DNA from: Puniceicoccales bacterium
GTDB lineage: Bacteria; Verrucomicrobiota; Verrucomicrobiia; Opitutales; JAIRLM01
Reading direction: 5' to 3'
Assembly: GCA_031281635.1 (NCBI GenBank)
Contig: JAITFC010000091.1
Coordinates: 1-8,749, forward strand
Length of the DNA stretch: 8,749 nucleotides
In this document: in pieces, positions 1 to 7,264 of the stretch
Position numbering within the stretch: the stretch's first letter is position 1
Layout of the letters: every line of letters begins with the position of its first letter
Notes under the pieces: generated by a model
What the model saw: the letters and a program-made list of their open reading frames with translations, nothing else
What the model was told of the DNA's origin: nothing
Database searches by the model: none
Program-made: the position numbers and the translations under genes

Positions 1-875
1 TACAGGGAGATGGCACGGAGAATTGTTTGTCATTTGAAAATATTCTCCTGCGCGTAGATTCCCAAAATTTAGAAGATGTGGATCGCGTAATATTGAACGA
101 TTTACTGGCAGTAACGGAGCTGGTGGATCGACTCATGGACAACTATGAATTCCAGGGAGCTCTTCTGGCATTGGAGCATTTTTTCCGCGACGATTACTGC
201 GATTGGTATGTGGAGGTGTGTAAGATACGCCTGCGGAATCACGCTGCCCTGCGCCGTCCCCTTTTGGCGGTGCAAGACTGTATTTTGCGACATCTGCTGC
301 AGCTGCTTTCCCCATTCATTCCATTTGTGACACAAGAACTTTGGCGGCAATTGCACTTTGGTCAAGAGGAGGAGGTTTTGCATGGCGTCCGGCGACTTTC
401 TGCGGCAGATTTGGGACAGTTATTTGCATCGGCTGGCGTTGCGGCTTCGGAGAGTGAGCGGAAAACAATCGGCGAATTGCGTGAAGTGATTGGAGCCGTG
501 CGCGGTCTTCGTCCGGATCGGGGGAGCACGTTGTGCGTACATGCCACGGAAGAGCATGGAAAAATGCTGCATAAATTCGAAGGTCTCATTCTAGCGCTGA
601 CTCATTGTTCATCCATAAAAAACAGCGAAAACCCTTGCAGTGCAGTTGCTATTACGTCCTGGGGAACACTTGCCGTGCAAGGCAATGTTGGCGATGGGCA
701 GGAACAGCTATTGCGGGAGTTGGAAGCGATTCGCAAAAATATCGCCGCCAATCGCGCAAAACTTGAAAACAAGGAGTTCCTCGACCGTGCTCCAGCAAAT
801 GTCATAGAAGGAGCCAGAAGACTGCTGAAAGAGAACTTGGCGAACGAAGAAAAAATTTTACGACAATTTCGTTGA
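1..875 (+). CDS. valS: Valyl-tRNA synthetase, C-terminal part (5' end lies outside the window)
   Basis: The frame starting at nt 3 is open from the window edge to TGA 873-875, so the TTG at 27 in the ORF track is not the real start. The translation contains DDYCDWYVEVCK, matching the ValRS anticodon-binding-domain motif CDWYlE..K. It also has the typical ValRS C-terminal coiled coil: LLRELEAIRKNIAANRAKLENKEFLDRAPANVIEGARRLLKENL. Confidence 0.85.
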   Translation, partial: QGDGTENCLSFENILLRVDSQNLEDVDRVILNDLLAVTELVDRLMDNYEFQGALLALEHFFRDDYCDWYVEVCKIRLRNHAALRRPLLAVQDCILRHLLQLLSPFIPFVTQELWRQLHFGQEEEVLHGVRRLSAADLGQLFASAGVAASESERKTIGELREVIGAVRGLRPDRGSTLCVHATEEHGKMLHKFEGLILALTHCSSIKNSENPCSAVAITSWGTLAVQGNVGDGQEQLLRELEAIRKNIAANRAKLENKEFLDRAPANVIEGARRLLKENLANEEKILRQFR

Positions 876-1009
876 CAGATTTAGTTAGTAGATGTAGCAT
901 CATAGTATGGTCGAGGGAGGAAAACTGCGTCTTTGCTCATCTGCAAGCCTAGAAACCATGAGCAATGCCGTCGCGAACCGTACTGGGAATAATGTATCCA
1001 TCATAACAC

Positions 1010-1061
1010 CTGCGAGTGCATAACTGCTCAGTCAGAAAAATTTTCGCTATTATGCTCGCAG
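1010..1061. repeat. Interrupted inverted repeat (potential stem-loop) in the valS/kdsA convergent spacer
   Basis: ctgcgag[tg]cataa (1010-1023) is the reverse complement of ttatgctcgcag (1050-1061). This gives 12 bp of pairing with a 2-nt bulge and a 26-nt loop. The loop contains the palindrome gaaaaattttc (1035-1045). No U-tract follows on either strand. Confidence 0.3.
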
Positions 1062-1065
1062 CAAA

Positions 1066-1087
1066 TCGCTAAAGAGACAGTTAGCGA
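1066..1087 (-). terminator. Weak hairpin, possible kdsA terminator
   Basis: tcgcta (1066-1071) pairs with tagcga (1082-1087), with a 10-nt loop, 23 nt beyond the kdsA stop. On the minus strand only TTT follows the stem, so it is a poor intrinsic terminator. Confidence 0.2.
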
Positions 1088-1109
1088 ATAAAGAAAAAAA
1101 GCAACGACC

Positions 1110-1970
1110 CTACGAGAAAGAGGCATTTTTCTGAGCACTGTCATGCTCGTGGCATAGGCGGGAGCGAGCGGAGTGGAATGTAATATATTGTCGCAGGCAG
1201 TCGGCCAATGTTTTTAGTGGAAGTTGCGTTTCGGCGTCGCAGAGTGCTTCGGCCGGTCTTGGGTGCGTTTCCAAGAAAAGTCCATCGACTCCAGCGCCGA
1301 TGGCCGCAAGCGCCAGAGTGTCGGCAAATTCCCGCGCACCAGCCGTTGTTTCGCCACCTTTCCCTGGAAGTTGCAAGCTGTGTGTAACGTCGTAAATAAC
1401 TGGATGGCCGTTTTTTGACATAATCGGAAAACTGCGCATATCGACGACGAGGTTGCCGTAGCCGAACGACGTGCCCCGCTCCAATTGAAAAATTTCTTTG
1501 GCGCCAAAAGTGTGTAATTTCTCTACGACGTATTTCATGTCCCATGGCGCTAGGAATTGACCCTTTTTTACGGAAACTGTCCGCCCCGTGCGCGCCGCCG
1601 CCGCCAATACATCCGTTTGACGGCAGAGAAATGCCGGCACCTGCACCACGTCGCAAACCTCTGCCAGCGATTCGGCCTGACGCGGGTCGTGGAAATCACT
1701 GGTCACCTCCATGTTGTAGCGTTTTTTCAGTGTCGCCATGACCTTTAGGCCCGCATCCCACCCTAAACCGCGTGCGCTGCGAATGGAGCTGCGATTGGCT
1801 TTGTCAATGGAAGCTTTAAAAATGAACCGCACATTCTTATGTTCATCCCGAATTTTTACCAACTCACTGGCCACCTCGTCCCCAAGTTGCTCACTTTCCA
1901 AAAGGCACGGACCAACGATGACGATTAACGAGCTCACGCTTTTACAATGGGGTAGGTGCAGAAAATGCAA
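1110..1970 (-). CDS. kdsA: 2-dehydro-3-deoxyphosphooctonate aldolase (KDO-8-phosphate synthase)
   Basis: Nearly full-length motif match to KdsA as I recall it from E. coli:
- FKASIDKANRSS
- QVPAFLCRQTD
- VKKGQF
- ERGTSFGYGNLVVDMR
- PVIYDVTHSLQ
- DGLFLETHP

The N-terminal IVIVGPCLLESE has Cys where non-metallo enzymes have Asn, which suggests the metal-dependent class. The start is uncertain: TTG at 1970 or GTG at 1937 (giving MSSLIVIVGPC). Neither has a clear Shine-Dalgarno sequence. Confidence 0.9.
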   Translation of the reverse strand: MHFLHLPHCKSVSSLIVIVGPCLLESEQLGDEVASELVKIRDEHKNVRFIFKASIDKANRSSIRSARGLGWDAGLKVMATLKKRYNMEVTSDFHDPRQAESLAEVCDVVQVPAFLCRQTDVLAAAARTGRTVSVKKGQFLAPWDMKYVVEKLHTFGAKEIFQLERGTSFGYGNLVVDMRSFPIMSKNGHPVIYDVTHSLQLPGKGGETTAGAREFADTLALAAIGAGVDGLFLETHPRPAEALCDAETQLPLKTLADCLRQYITFHSARSRLCHEHDSAQKNASFS

Positions 1971-2105
1971 GGAAAATTTCCGGTATTTTCAACATCTTCC
2001 TTTTGGTGCCTAAAAAATATTTTTTTATCGATCACTCGTTGCATGGGTGGAGGAGATCGCATTTGCCGTTGCATTGGCAGAAAAAAATTTTAGAGTCGGC
2101 GGGTC
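1971..2105. promoter_or_regulatory. Divergent kdsA/murG control region
   Basis: This 135-bp spacer lies between divergently oriented genes, so it must hold both promoters. It contains a perfect 14-bp AT palindrome, AAAAAATATTTTTT (2012-2025). It also contains a direct repeat, cgttgcatggg (2037-2047) and cgttgcattgg (2067-2077), spaced exactly 30 bp apart. Confidence 0.5.
2069..2096 (+). promoter_or_regulatory. Candidate sigma70-like murG promoter
   Basis: TTGCAT (2069-2074), 16 nt, TAGAGT (2091-2096). Each hexamer matches consensus at 4 of 6 positions. The predicted transcript start would fall within a few nt of the ATG at 2106, giving a near-leaderless mRNA. There is no convincing Shine-Dalgarno sequence before the ATG. 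Confidence 0.25.
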
Positions 2106-3218
2106 ATGCGGATTCTAATTATTTGCGGGGGAACGGGTGGTCATCTGACACCGGGAATTGCCGTGGCGCAGCGGCTGCGTCGCATGGGCCAGGAAGTGAT
2201 TTTGGCGACAAGCGAAAAGGCCATCGATGAGTGGCTGCGAAGTCACTATAAATCATTGCGTTTCACCGTGTTATCTGGAAGCGGATTCAGTTTTCACCCC
2301 ATACGATTTCTGCGTTTTTTAAAAAATTTGTGGAAAAATTTCCGTGTTTCATGGAAATTACTGCGAGCGGAGCGCATCGACGTTGTTTTGGCCTTTGGCG
2401 GATTTATCAGTTTAGGTGCTGGTTTTGCGGCCTTTTTGCGGCGCAAACCGCTTCTCCTCCACGAGTCTAATCAACGGCTGGGCAAAAGTGTGGGATTTCT
2501 GGCCCCGCTGGCTAAAAAGATATTTATTCCGCCATCATTGAAAATTCGGGAGCCCTATGTGGAAAATGCAAACTATTTTCCAGCCGGATTCCCCCTGCGC
2601 GAAGATTTTCAACCACCGGCAAAAAATCTTGCACGAGAACAACTTGGCTTTCCAAAAGACGGGAAAATACTGCTGGTGATGGGAGGCAGTCAGGGGGCAC
2701 AAGTGCTCGTTGAGTGGGTGCGTAGCAGTGGAGAATTTCTGGCCAAGGAGGGGATTTCTGTTTTCTGTCTTACGGGGTTAGGCGGACTGGAAGGTGTGAC
2801 CGATTCGCATGAAAACGGAGTAAGGCGCCGCGTGCAATTTTTGCCGTTCAGTCATCGCATGCATGTTCTCTATGCCGCCGCGGATCTAGTTCTGTGCCGG
2901 GCAGGGGCGGGAACAATTGCCGAACTGATCGCCAGCGTGCGGCCATCCATTCTCGTTCCATACCCCAAAGCCAGCAAGGATCACCAGCGCGCCAATGCCA
3001 ACGCGTTGCAAGGTGCTAATGCAGCTAGAGTGTTGCAACAAAGCGATATGTCCATGTTGGAAGAAGTGATTTCCGAATTATTTGATCCGGAAAATTTGCG
3101 GGAGATGGAGTGTCAGTTGCTAGCGGTGCGAAAAATAATTGGACAAGATGCTGCACAATACATTGCCAACGAGGTTATGGCCCTTAGACCTAACGGCGAT
3201 GGCCAAAAAAATTTCTAA
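2106..3218 (+). CDS. murG: UDP-N-acetylglucosamine--N-acetylmuramyl-(pentapeptide) pyrophosphoryl-undecaprenol N-acetylglucosamine transferase
   Basis: ATG start and 370 aa, a typical MurG length. The N-terminal MRILIICGGTGGHLTPGIAVAQ is the MurG G-loop. Further MurG-typical blocks are LLVMGGSQGA and CRAGAGTIAELI followed by HQRANA. Confidence 0.9.
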   Translation: MRILIICGGTGGHLTPGIAVAQRLRRMGQEVILATSEKAIDEWLRSHYKSLRFTVLSGSGFSFHPIRFLRFLKNLWKNFRVSWKLLRAERIDVVLAFGGFISLGAGFAAFLRRKPLLLHESNQRLGKSVGFLAPLAKKIFIPPSLKIREPYVENANYFPAGFPLREDFQPPAKNLAREQLGFPKDGKILLVMGGSQGAQVLVEWVRSSGEFLAKEGISVFCLTGLGGLEGVTDSHENGVRRRVQFLPFSHRMHVLYAAADLVLCRAGAGTIAELIASVRPSILVPYPKASKDHQRANANALQGANAARVLQQSDMSMLEEVISELFDPENLREMECQLLAVRKIIGQDAAQYIANEVMALRPNGDGQKNF

Positions 3219-5427
3219 GCACATATTCATGGCGGGCATTGGCGGCGCTGGCATGACCGCATTGGCTGTTTTTTTGCGGCAGCGCGGAGACTACGTGTGC
3301 GGTTTCGACGACTTTCTTAAAAGAGAAGCGGAATTTTTTCTGAATTGCTGGGATGTGGAGGTGATAGATCGGCCGTGCGAATTGCCGCAGTGCGATGTTT
3401 TTGTGCACACGGCGGCATTGGCGAAGAAAGACCCCCTGCTCCAAAAAGCACTGGCCAGCGGTTTGGCGACATTTTCCCGAGGTCACTATCTGGCGCATGT
3501 GCTCGAGGACGAAAAGTTGCTTGCCGTGGTTGGCAGTCACGGGAAGACGACAACGACAGCGCTGATCATTGATCAGTTGGAGCGCATGAATTTCCGCTGC
3601 AACTACCTGCTCGGAGGACGGTTCGAAGGACTGAGGGCACCGGCATGCTACCAACATGCGCCGTGGACGATTGCCGAGATCGACGAAAGCGAAGAATCAT
3701 TCGAACGTTTTTCTCCGCAGATCACACTGGTGCTCAACCTCTCCATGGATCACGACAGTTACTATGGGAATTTGCAAAAATTGCGCGAGACATTCGGACG
3801 GTTACTATCGCGGACGAAGCAACGCGTTCTTATGGCGAGAGATGAAGAATCATTGAGCGCTTTCATGCGACTTTCCAATGTCAGCACATTTTCGAGAAAC
3901 ATTTCTACGGAAAGCAATGATGCCAAGTACCTGGGAGCGAATGCATTAAACCGTGATAACATTGCCGCTTCTCTTGCCGCCGTTGGAGCTCTCTGCGAAC
4001 TTTCGACGGAAAATGATCCTTCTTTGCCAAAAATTTTCTACGAAACGGTGCAAAAATTCCGTGTGCCGACGATTTTGCGCCGACAAAATTGTCTCTATGA
4101 CGACGGAATTGTGCAAGTTTGGGTGGACTACGCACATCATCCCAGGGAAGTGAGTGCATTTTTAGAAAATTACGGCCAAGAGGATAGCATTGTTGTATTT
4201 CAACCGCATCGCTATTCCCGCACTACCAGCCATTTGGATGAATTCATGGAAGTTTTACGAAATGTGCCGCATCTCATTTTGCTCCCTACCTATGGGGCAT
4301 TCGAACCATTTGATGAGCAAGGGACTGCGGAACATTTGGCCGAGCGGTTGGCCAAGGTCGGGAAAAATACACGATGCGTAGAGGAAAAATCCATCGGACA
4401 TCACTTAGACATGCTACTCGAAGGTGGCTCGTTTCGCCGGGTACTTTTTGTGGGTGCAGGAGATATTTTTTCCAGCGCCGTTGACTACGGAAATTCGCTG
4501 CGGGCACGGCGTTTTTTGAGATTATGCCGCTGTCTCTGTCCATCCCTGCACATCCGGGAAAACGCTTCACTGAAATCCTTCACCACCATGCGTGTTGGTG
4601 GAAATGCTAGATTTTTCGCAGAGCCGCGATCCGTCGAGGAATTGCAACGGCTGCTACGCTGTGCAGTGGAGGCAAATTTGCGGCATTTTGTCATCGGCGC
4701 TGGGTCCAATGTTCTCGTCGACGATGAGGGTTTTTTCGGATTGGTCATTCATTTGCGTTCCCAACCGTGGGAATCAATCGCATTGCATGGGAACACAATA
4801 TGCGTTGGAGCCGGAGTTTCGTTGCGCACGCTGGCTCATTTTTGTCGCGACCGCGGCATCGTCGGATACTCTTTTTGCGACGGAATTCCAGGGACAGTGG
4901 GCGGTGCCATCGCCGGGAATGCTGGAGCGACCAACCACTGCATCGGCGATTTTGTGTGCCATGTGAGCTATGTGGATAAAAATGGCGCATTGGTGAGGCA
5001 CCAGATGCTGAAGTTTTCCTACCGCCAATCTTCTCTGCCACGGGGGAGTGTACTGGTATGTGCCACATTGCACAAATCGGAACAATACCACTGCCCGGCA
5101 CTCATTTCAATGGAGATGTCGAATATGTCTCTGGAGCGCAAGAAAAAACAGCCGCGGAAGGCCAGTGCGGGAAGTATTTTTCGCAATCCGCCTGCCGGTA
5201 TTTCATCGGGGAAGCTAATTGATGGCGCGGGTCTCAAAGGTGTTCGCGTGGGTGGTGCGTGCATTTCGCCGGTCCATGGTAATTTTGTTGTCAACGAAGG
5301 AAGTGCCAGTTGTTCGGACGTTTTACGGCTAATTTTTCTGATGCGGCGGACAGTGAAGAGCCACTTTGCCATTGACATGCGGACGGAAGTCTGCTTCTTG
5401 GCGAATTTCTGGGAGGGATCGTTTTGA
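3199..5427 (+). CDS. murC/murB: Bifunctional UDP-N-acetylmuramate--L-alanine ligase (MurC, N-terminal) / UDP-N-acetylenolpyruvoylglucosamine reductase (MurB, C-terminal) fusion
   Basis: One uninterrupted frame.

MurC part:
- KHIFMAGIGGAGMTALA
- P-loop GSHGKTTTTALI
- IAEIDESEESF
- NLSMDHDSYYG
- DYAHHPREV
- FQPHRYSRT
- LFVGAGDI

MurB part begins about 30 aa later:
- LKSFTTMRVGGNARFFAEP
- VIGAGSNVLV
- FSYRQSSL
- SAGSIFRNP
- GNFVVNEG
- TEVCFL

I chose ATG 3199 (MAKKISKHIFMAGIGG) as the start because it gives the usual short lead-in to the GIGG motif. ATG 3229 is an alternative. The ORF-track start at 3139 lies deep inside murG and is unlikely. Confidence 0.85.
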   Translation: MAKKISKHIFMAGIGGAGMTALAVFLRQRGDYVCGFDDFLKREAEFFLNCWDVEVIDRPCELPQCDVFVHTAALAKKDPLLQKALASGLATFSRGHYLAHVLEDEKLLAVVGSHGKTTTTALIIDQLERMNFRCNYLLGGRFEGLRAPACYQHAPWTIAEIDESEESFERFSPQITLVLNLSMDHDSYYGNLQKLRETFGRLLSRTKQRVLMARDEESLSAFMRLSNVSTFSRNISTESNDAKYLGANALNRDNIAASLAAVGALCELSTENDPSLPKIFYETVQKFRVPTILRRQNCLYDDGIVQVWVDYAHHPREVSAFLENYGQEDSIVVFQPHRYSRTTSHLDEFMEVLRNVPHLILLPTYGAFEPFDEQGTAEHLAERLAKVGKNTRCVEEKSIGHHLDMLLEGGSFRRVLFVGAGDIFSSAVDYGNSLRARRFLRLCRCLCPSLHIRENASLKSFTTMRVGGNARFFAEPRSVEELQRLLRCAVEANLRHFVIGAGSNVLVDDEGFFGLVIHLRSQPWESIALHGNTICVGAGVSLRTLAHFCRDRGIVGYSFCDGIPGTVGGAIAGNAGATNHCIGDFVCHVSYVDKNGALVRHQMLKFSYRQSSLPRGSVLVCATLHKSEQYHCPALISMEMSNMSLERKKKQPRKASAGSIFRNPPAGISSGKLIDGAGLKGVRVGGACISPVHGNFVVNEGSASCSDVLRLIFLMRRTVKSHFAIDMRTEVCFLANFWEGSF
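5411..5417 (+). promoter_or_regulatory. Shine-Dalgarno-like site for ddl
   Basis: GGGAGGG lies 6 nt upstream of the TTG start at 5424, inside the last codons of murC/murB. Confidence 0.45.
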
Positions 5428-6359
5428 AAGACGCGGTAAAAGTTGTCATTCTTTCCGGTGCCATTTCCGAAGAACGGGATGTGTCTTTGCGGTCCGGGCG
5501 GCGTGCCCATAGGATTTTGGCGCAGCATTTTCCTACCTGCCTAATAGAACTGGAAAGTAATTCGTTGCCAAAGGATTTGGACCCGCGCCGCGCATTAATT
5601 TTTCCACTGATTCATGGAAATTTCGGTGAAGACGGACATTTGCAGCGACTTCTCGAAGTCGACGGATTTATCTATGTCGGCAGTGGGATCCCCTCCATGG
5701 AACTGACAATAAACAAGACTCTCACAAAAAATTGCGTGGCTGAGGGTGGCGTTCCCGTATTGCCACAAATTGCATTTTCCGCGCGAAAACCCATGGAATT
5801 CTCCTTCGGCGACCTGTGCCAGCGCATCGGTGCTCGGGAACTTTTTTTGAAGCCCAATGACAAAGGGAGCAGTTTGCAGTGCTATCCCTGCCGCAATGCG
5901 ACGCAACTGGCTGAAGCCCTAGAAAATGTACGCGACGGAGAATGGGTCATTGAAGCTCTTTGCCGCGGCCGGGACTTGACCGTTGGCGTGCTGCACGGTC
6001 GTGCACTGGCCGCCGTCGAAATCCGCCACGGGGATGGATTTTTTGACTACGACGCGAAGTACACAGCTGGGCGCGCAGAGCACATTGTTCCGGCAACCAT
6101 CGGCGAAGATTTGGCGTTCCGCATGCGTTTTCTCGCGGAACGTTCCTTTGCCCTCTGTCACTGCCGCGATTGGGCACGCGTGGACTTCATATTGCGCGAA
6201 GACGGAGAGCCGTTTTTTCTGGAACTGAATTCCATCCCGGGATTCACGGACACGAGTCTTTTTCCAGATAGTGCTACCGGCTGCGGCATATCTCCCGAAG
6301 ATTGTCTTTGTGCTCTGGTGCGGGGAGCCATGGAGCGGCACCGGCAAAGATTTTTATGA
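5424..6359 (+). CDS. ddl: D-alanine--D-alanine ligase
   Basis: Ddl-typical blocks:
- VVILSGAISEERDVSLRSG
- HGNFGEDGHLQRLLEVDGFIYVGSG
- KPNDKGSS
- FFLELNSIPGFTDTSLFP

The TTG start overlaps the murC/murB TGA (tTTGAa, 4-nt overlap). No ATG or GTG alternative lies nearby. Confidence 0.9.
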   Translation: MKDAVKVVILSGAISEERDVSLRSGRRAHRILAQHFPTCLIELESNSLPKDLDPRRALIFPLIHGNFGEDGHLQRLLEVDGFIYVGSGIPSMELTINKTLTKNCVAEGGVPVLPQIAFSARKPMEFSFGDLCQRIGARELFLKPNDKGSSLQCYPCRNATQLAEALENVRDGEWVIEALCRGRDLTVGVLHGRALAAVEIRHGDGFFDYDAKYTAGRAEHIVPATIGEDLAFRMRFLAERSFALCHCRDWARVDFILREDGEPFFLELNSIPGFTDTSLFPDSATGCGISPEDCLCALVRGAMERHRQRFL

Positions 6360-7243
6360 AAAAAAAATCCAAAATAGCGGAAGTAAAGTCGCCTAAAAAA
6401 CAGGGAAGAGCGAAGGCAAGGTCGAGTGATGGGACCGTAAAAAAGTCGCGCAAGCGAGTAGATCCGGCGCGATTCGTCCTCGTGTTTGTCCTCATTTGCT
6501 GCGCCGTCTTCCTCGCCGTCAGCTTGGGGCAGAATTGTCTGCAAAGGGTGCGTTCGCTAGTAGAAAATCGTTTAGCAGTCCGTCAACGCCTTGAACGTGT
6601 GGAAATTGTGACAACGGGCACAATGCCTAAGGACATGATTTTGCACCTACTACGTCTGCCGAAAGTAATCAGCTTGGGCGAAATCGACGTGCGCCGCTGC
6701 CGTGCACGCTTGTTGCAATCTCCGCAAATTGCCGAGGCTCACGTGGCACGCTGCTATCCCAATGCGCTGCGGGTAAAGGTATTAGAACGCGTCCCAATTT
6801 TAAAGATGCGCGGGACGGCCGAAGTGGATTGGCTCTTCGTAGCCGCTGATGGAGTCATTTTCCTTGGAGTCGGTCTTCCCCAGCAGGCAATTAACGCCAT
6901 GCCGCGACTGGAGGGAGTGAACGGTACAGCGCACGCAACACTTCCATTTTTTCCGAAATTGTATCGTGCCCTGTCAATTGCAAAGACCACAAATCCAAAT
7001 ATTTACTCAACTTGGCACACCATCGCCGTAGCAAATGCTAGCGACGGGGAACATTTCGACGAGTTTGAGGCCCGCAGTGTCGAAGTACACCATCTCTACC
7101 TGCGCATTGCCGACATTCCCAGGCAAATTGAAGAGTTGGAGTACATTCTCTGCGACGCCCGCCGCCGTCGCCTACTCCCCTTGGAACGGGTGGATCTGTC
7201 TATTCCCGGCCGTGCCTACGTAAAACCAGCGGGACAGCCGTAG
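6356..7243 (+). CDS. ftsQ: Cell division protein FtsQ-like (bitopic, POTRA domain)
   Basis: ATG 6356 overlaps the ddl TGA (ATGA). The product has a K/R-rich cytoplasmic tail and a single transmembrane helix (FVLVFVLICCAVFLAVSL). A POTRA-like segment follows: VEIVTTGT...ISLGEIDV...LLQSPQIAEAHVARCYPNALRVKVLERVPI. Its position after ddl is the canonical ftsQ slot. The TTG at 6302 in the ORF track lies inside ddl and is unlikely. Confidence 0.7.
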   Translation: MKKKSKIAEVKSPKKQGRAKARSSDGTVKKSRKRVDPARFVLVFVLICCAVFLAVSLGQNCLQRVRSLVENRLAVRQRLERVEIVTTGTMPKDMILHLLRLPKVISLGEIDVRRCRARLLQSPQIAEAHVARCYPNALRVKVLERVPILKMRGTAEVDWLFVAADGVIFLGVGLPQQAINAMPRLEGVNGTAHATLPFFPKLYRALSIAKTTNPNIYSTWHTIAVANASDGEHFDEFEARSVEVHHLYLRIADIPRQIEELEYILCDARRRRLLPLERVDLSIPGRAYVKPAGQP

Positions 7244-7264
7244 GAAATTGCTAACTTTGTTCAA

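Noticed and set aside
102-805. ORFs of 60-93 aa overlapping valS: four on the opposite strand (102-383, 133-315, 362-589, 602-805) and one out of frame on the same strand (145-330).
   Set aside because: They lie entirely inside a frame with clear ValRS motifs. Their translations are low-complexity or R/S/P/C-rich with no recognisable motifs, as expected for shadow ORFs.
1141-2013. ORFs overlapping kdsA in other frames or on the other strand (1141-1656, 1214-1507, 1224-1418, 1544-1741, 1557-1748, 1738-2013).
   Set aside because: The KdsA frame explains the region with near full-length family motifs. The alternatives are R/P/G-rich frame shadows.
2075-2091. A sigma54-like TGGCAG element upstream of murG.
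   Set aside because: The -12 element is missing. GG-N10-GC would require GC at about 2088-2089, where the sequence is TT, so it does not fit TGGCAC-N5-TTGC.
2003-2230. A 75-aa + ORF starting upstream of murG and containing GGAGGAG (2049-2055).
   Set aside because: It is out of frame with murG and overlaps it by about 125 nt. Its translation has no features. The GGAGGAG lies inside the ORF rather than upstream of a start.
3139-3198. An extended murC start at ATG 3139, as in the ORF track.
   Set aside because: It would overlap murG by 80 nt and add 20 residues (MDKMLHNTLPTRLWPLDLTA) with no MurC counterpart. ATG 3199 gives the canonical short lead-in to the GIGG motif.
3190-5528. Many 60-170-aa ORFs overlapping murC/murB, antisense or out of frame on the same strand (for example 3190-3657, 3317-3553, 3905-4159, 4286-4570, 4485-4748, 4745-5101, 4774-5091, 5019-5528).
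   Set aside because: All are embedded in a frame with dense MurC and MurB motifs. They have skewed R/S/P/C composition and no motifs, so they are shadow ORFs.
5595-6544. Antisense ORFs over ddl and the ddl/ftsQ junction (5595-5906, 5919-6347, 6158-6544, 6274-6495) and the 6302 TTG extension of ftsQ.
   Set aside because: The Ddl frame is well supported. The ftsQ extension would overlap ddl by 58 nt, whereas ATG 6356 forms a classic ATGA junction.
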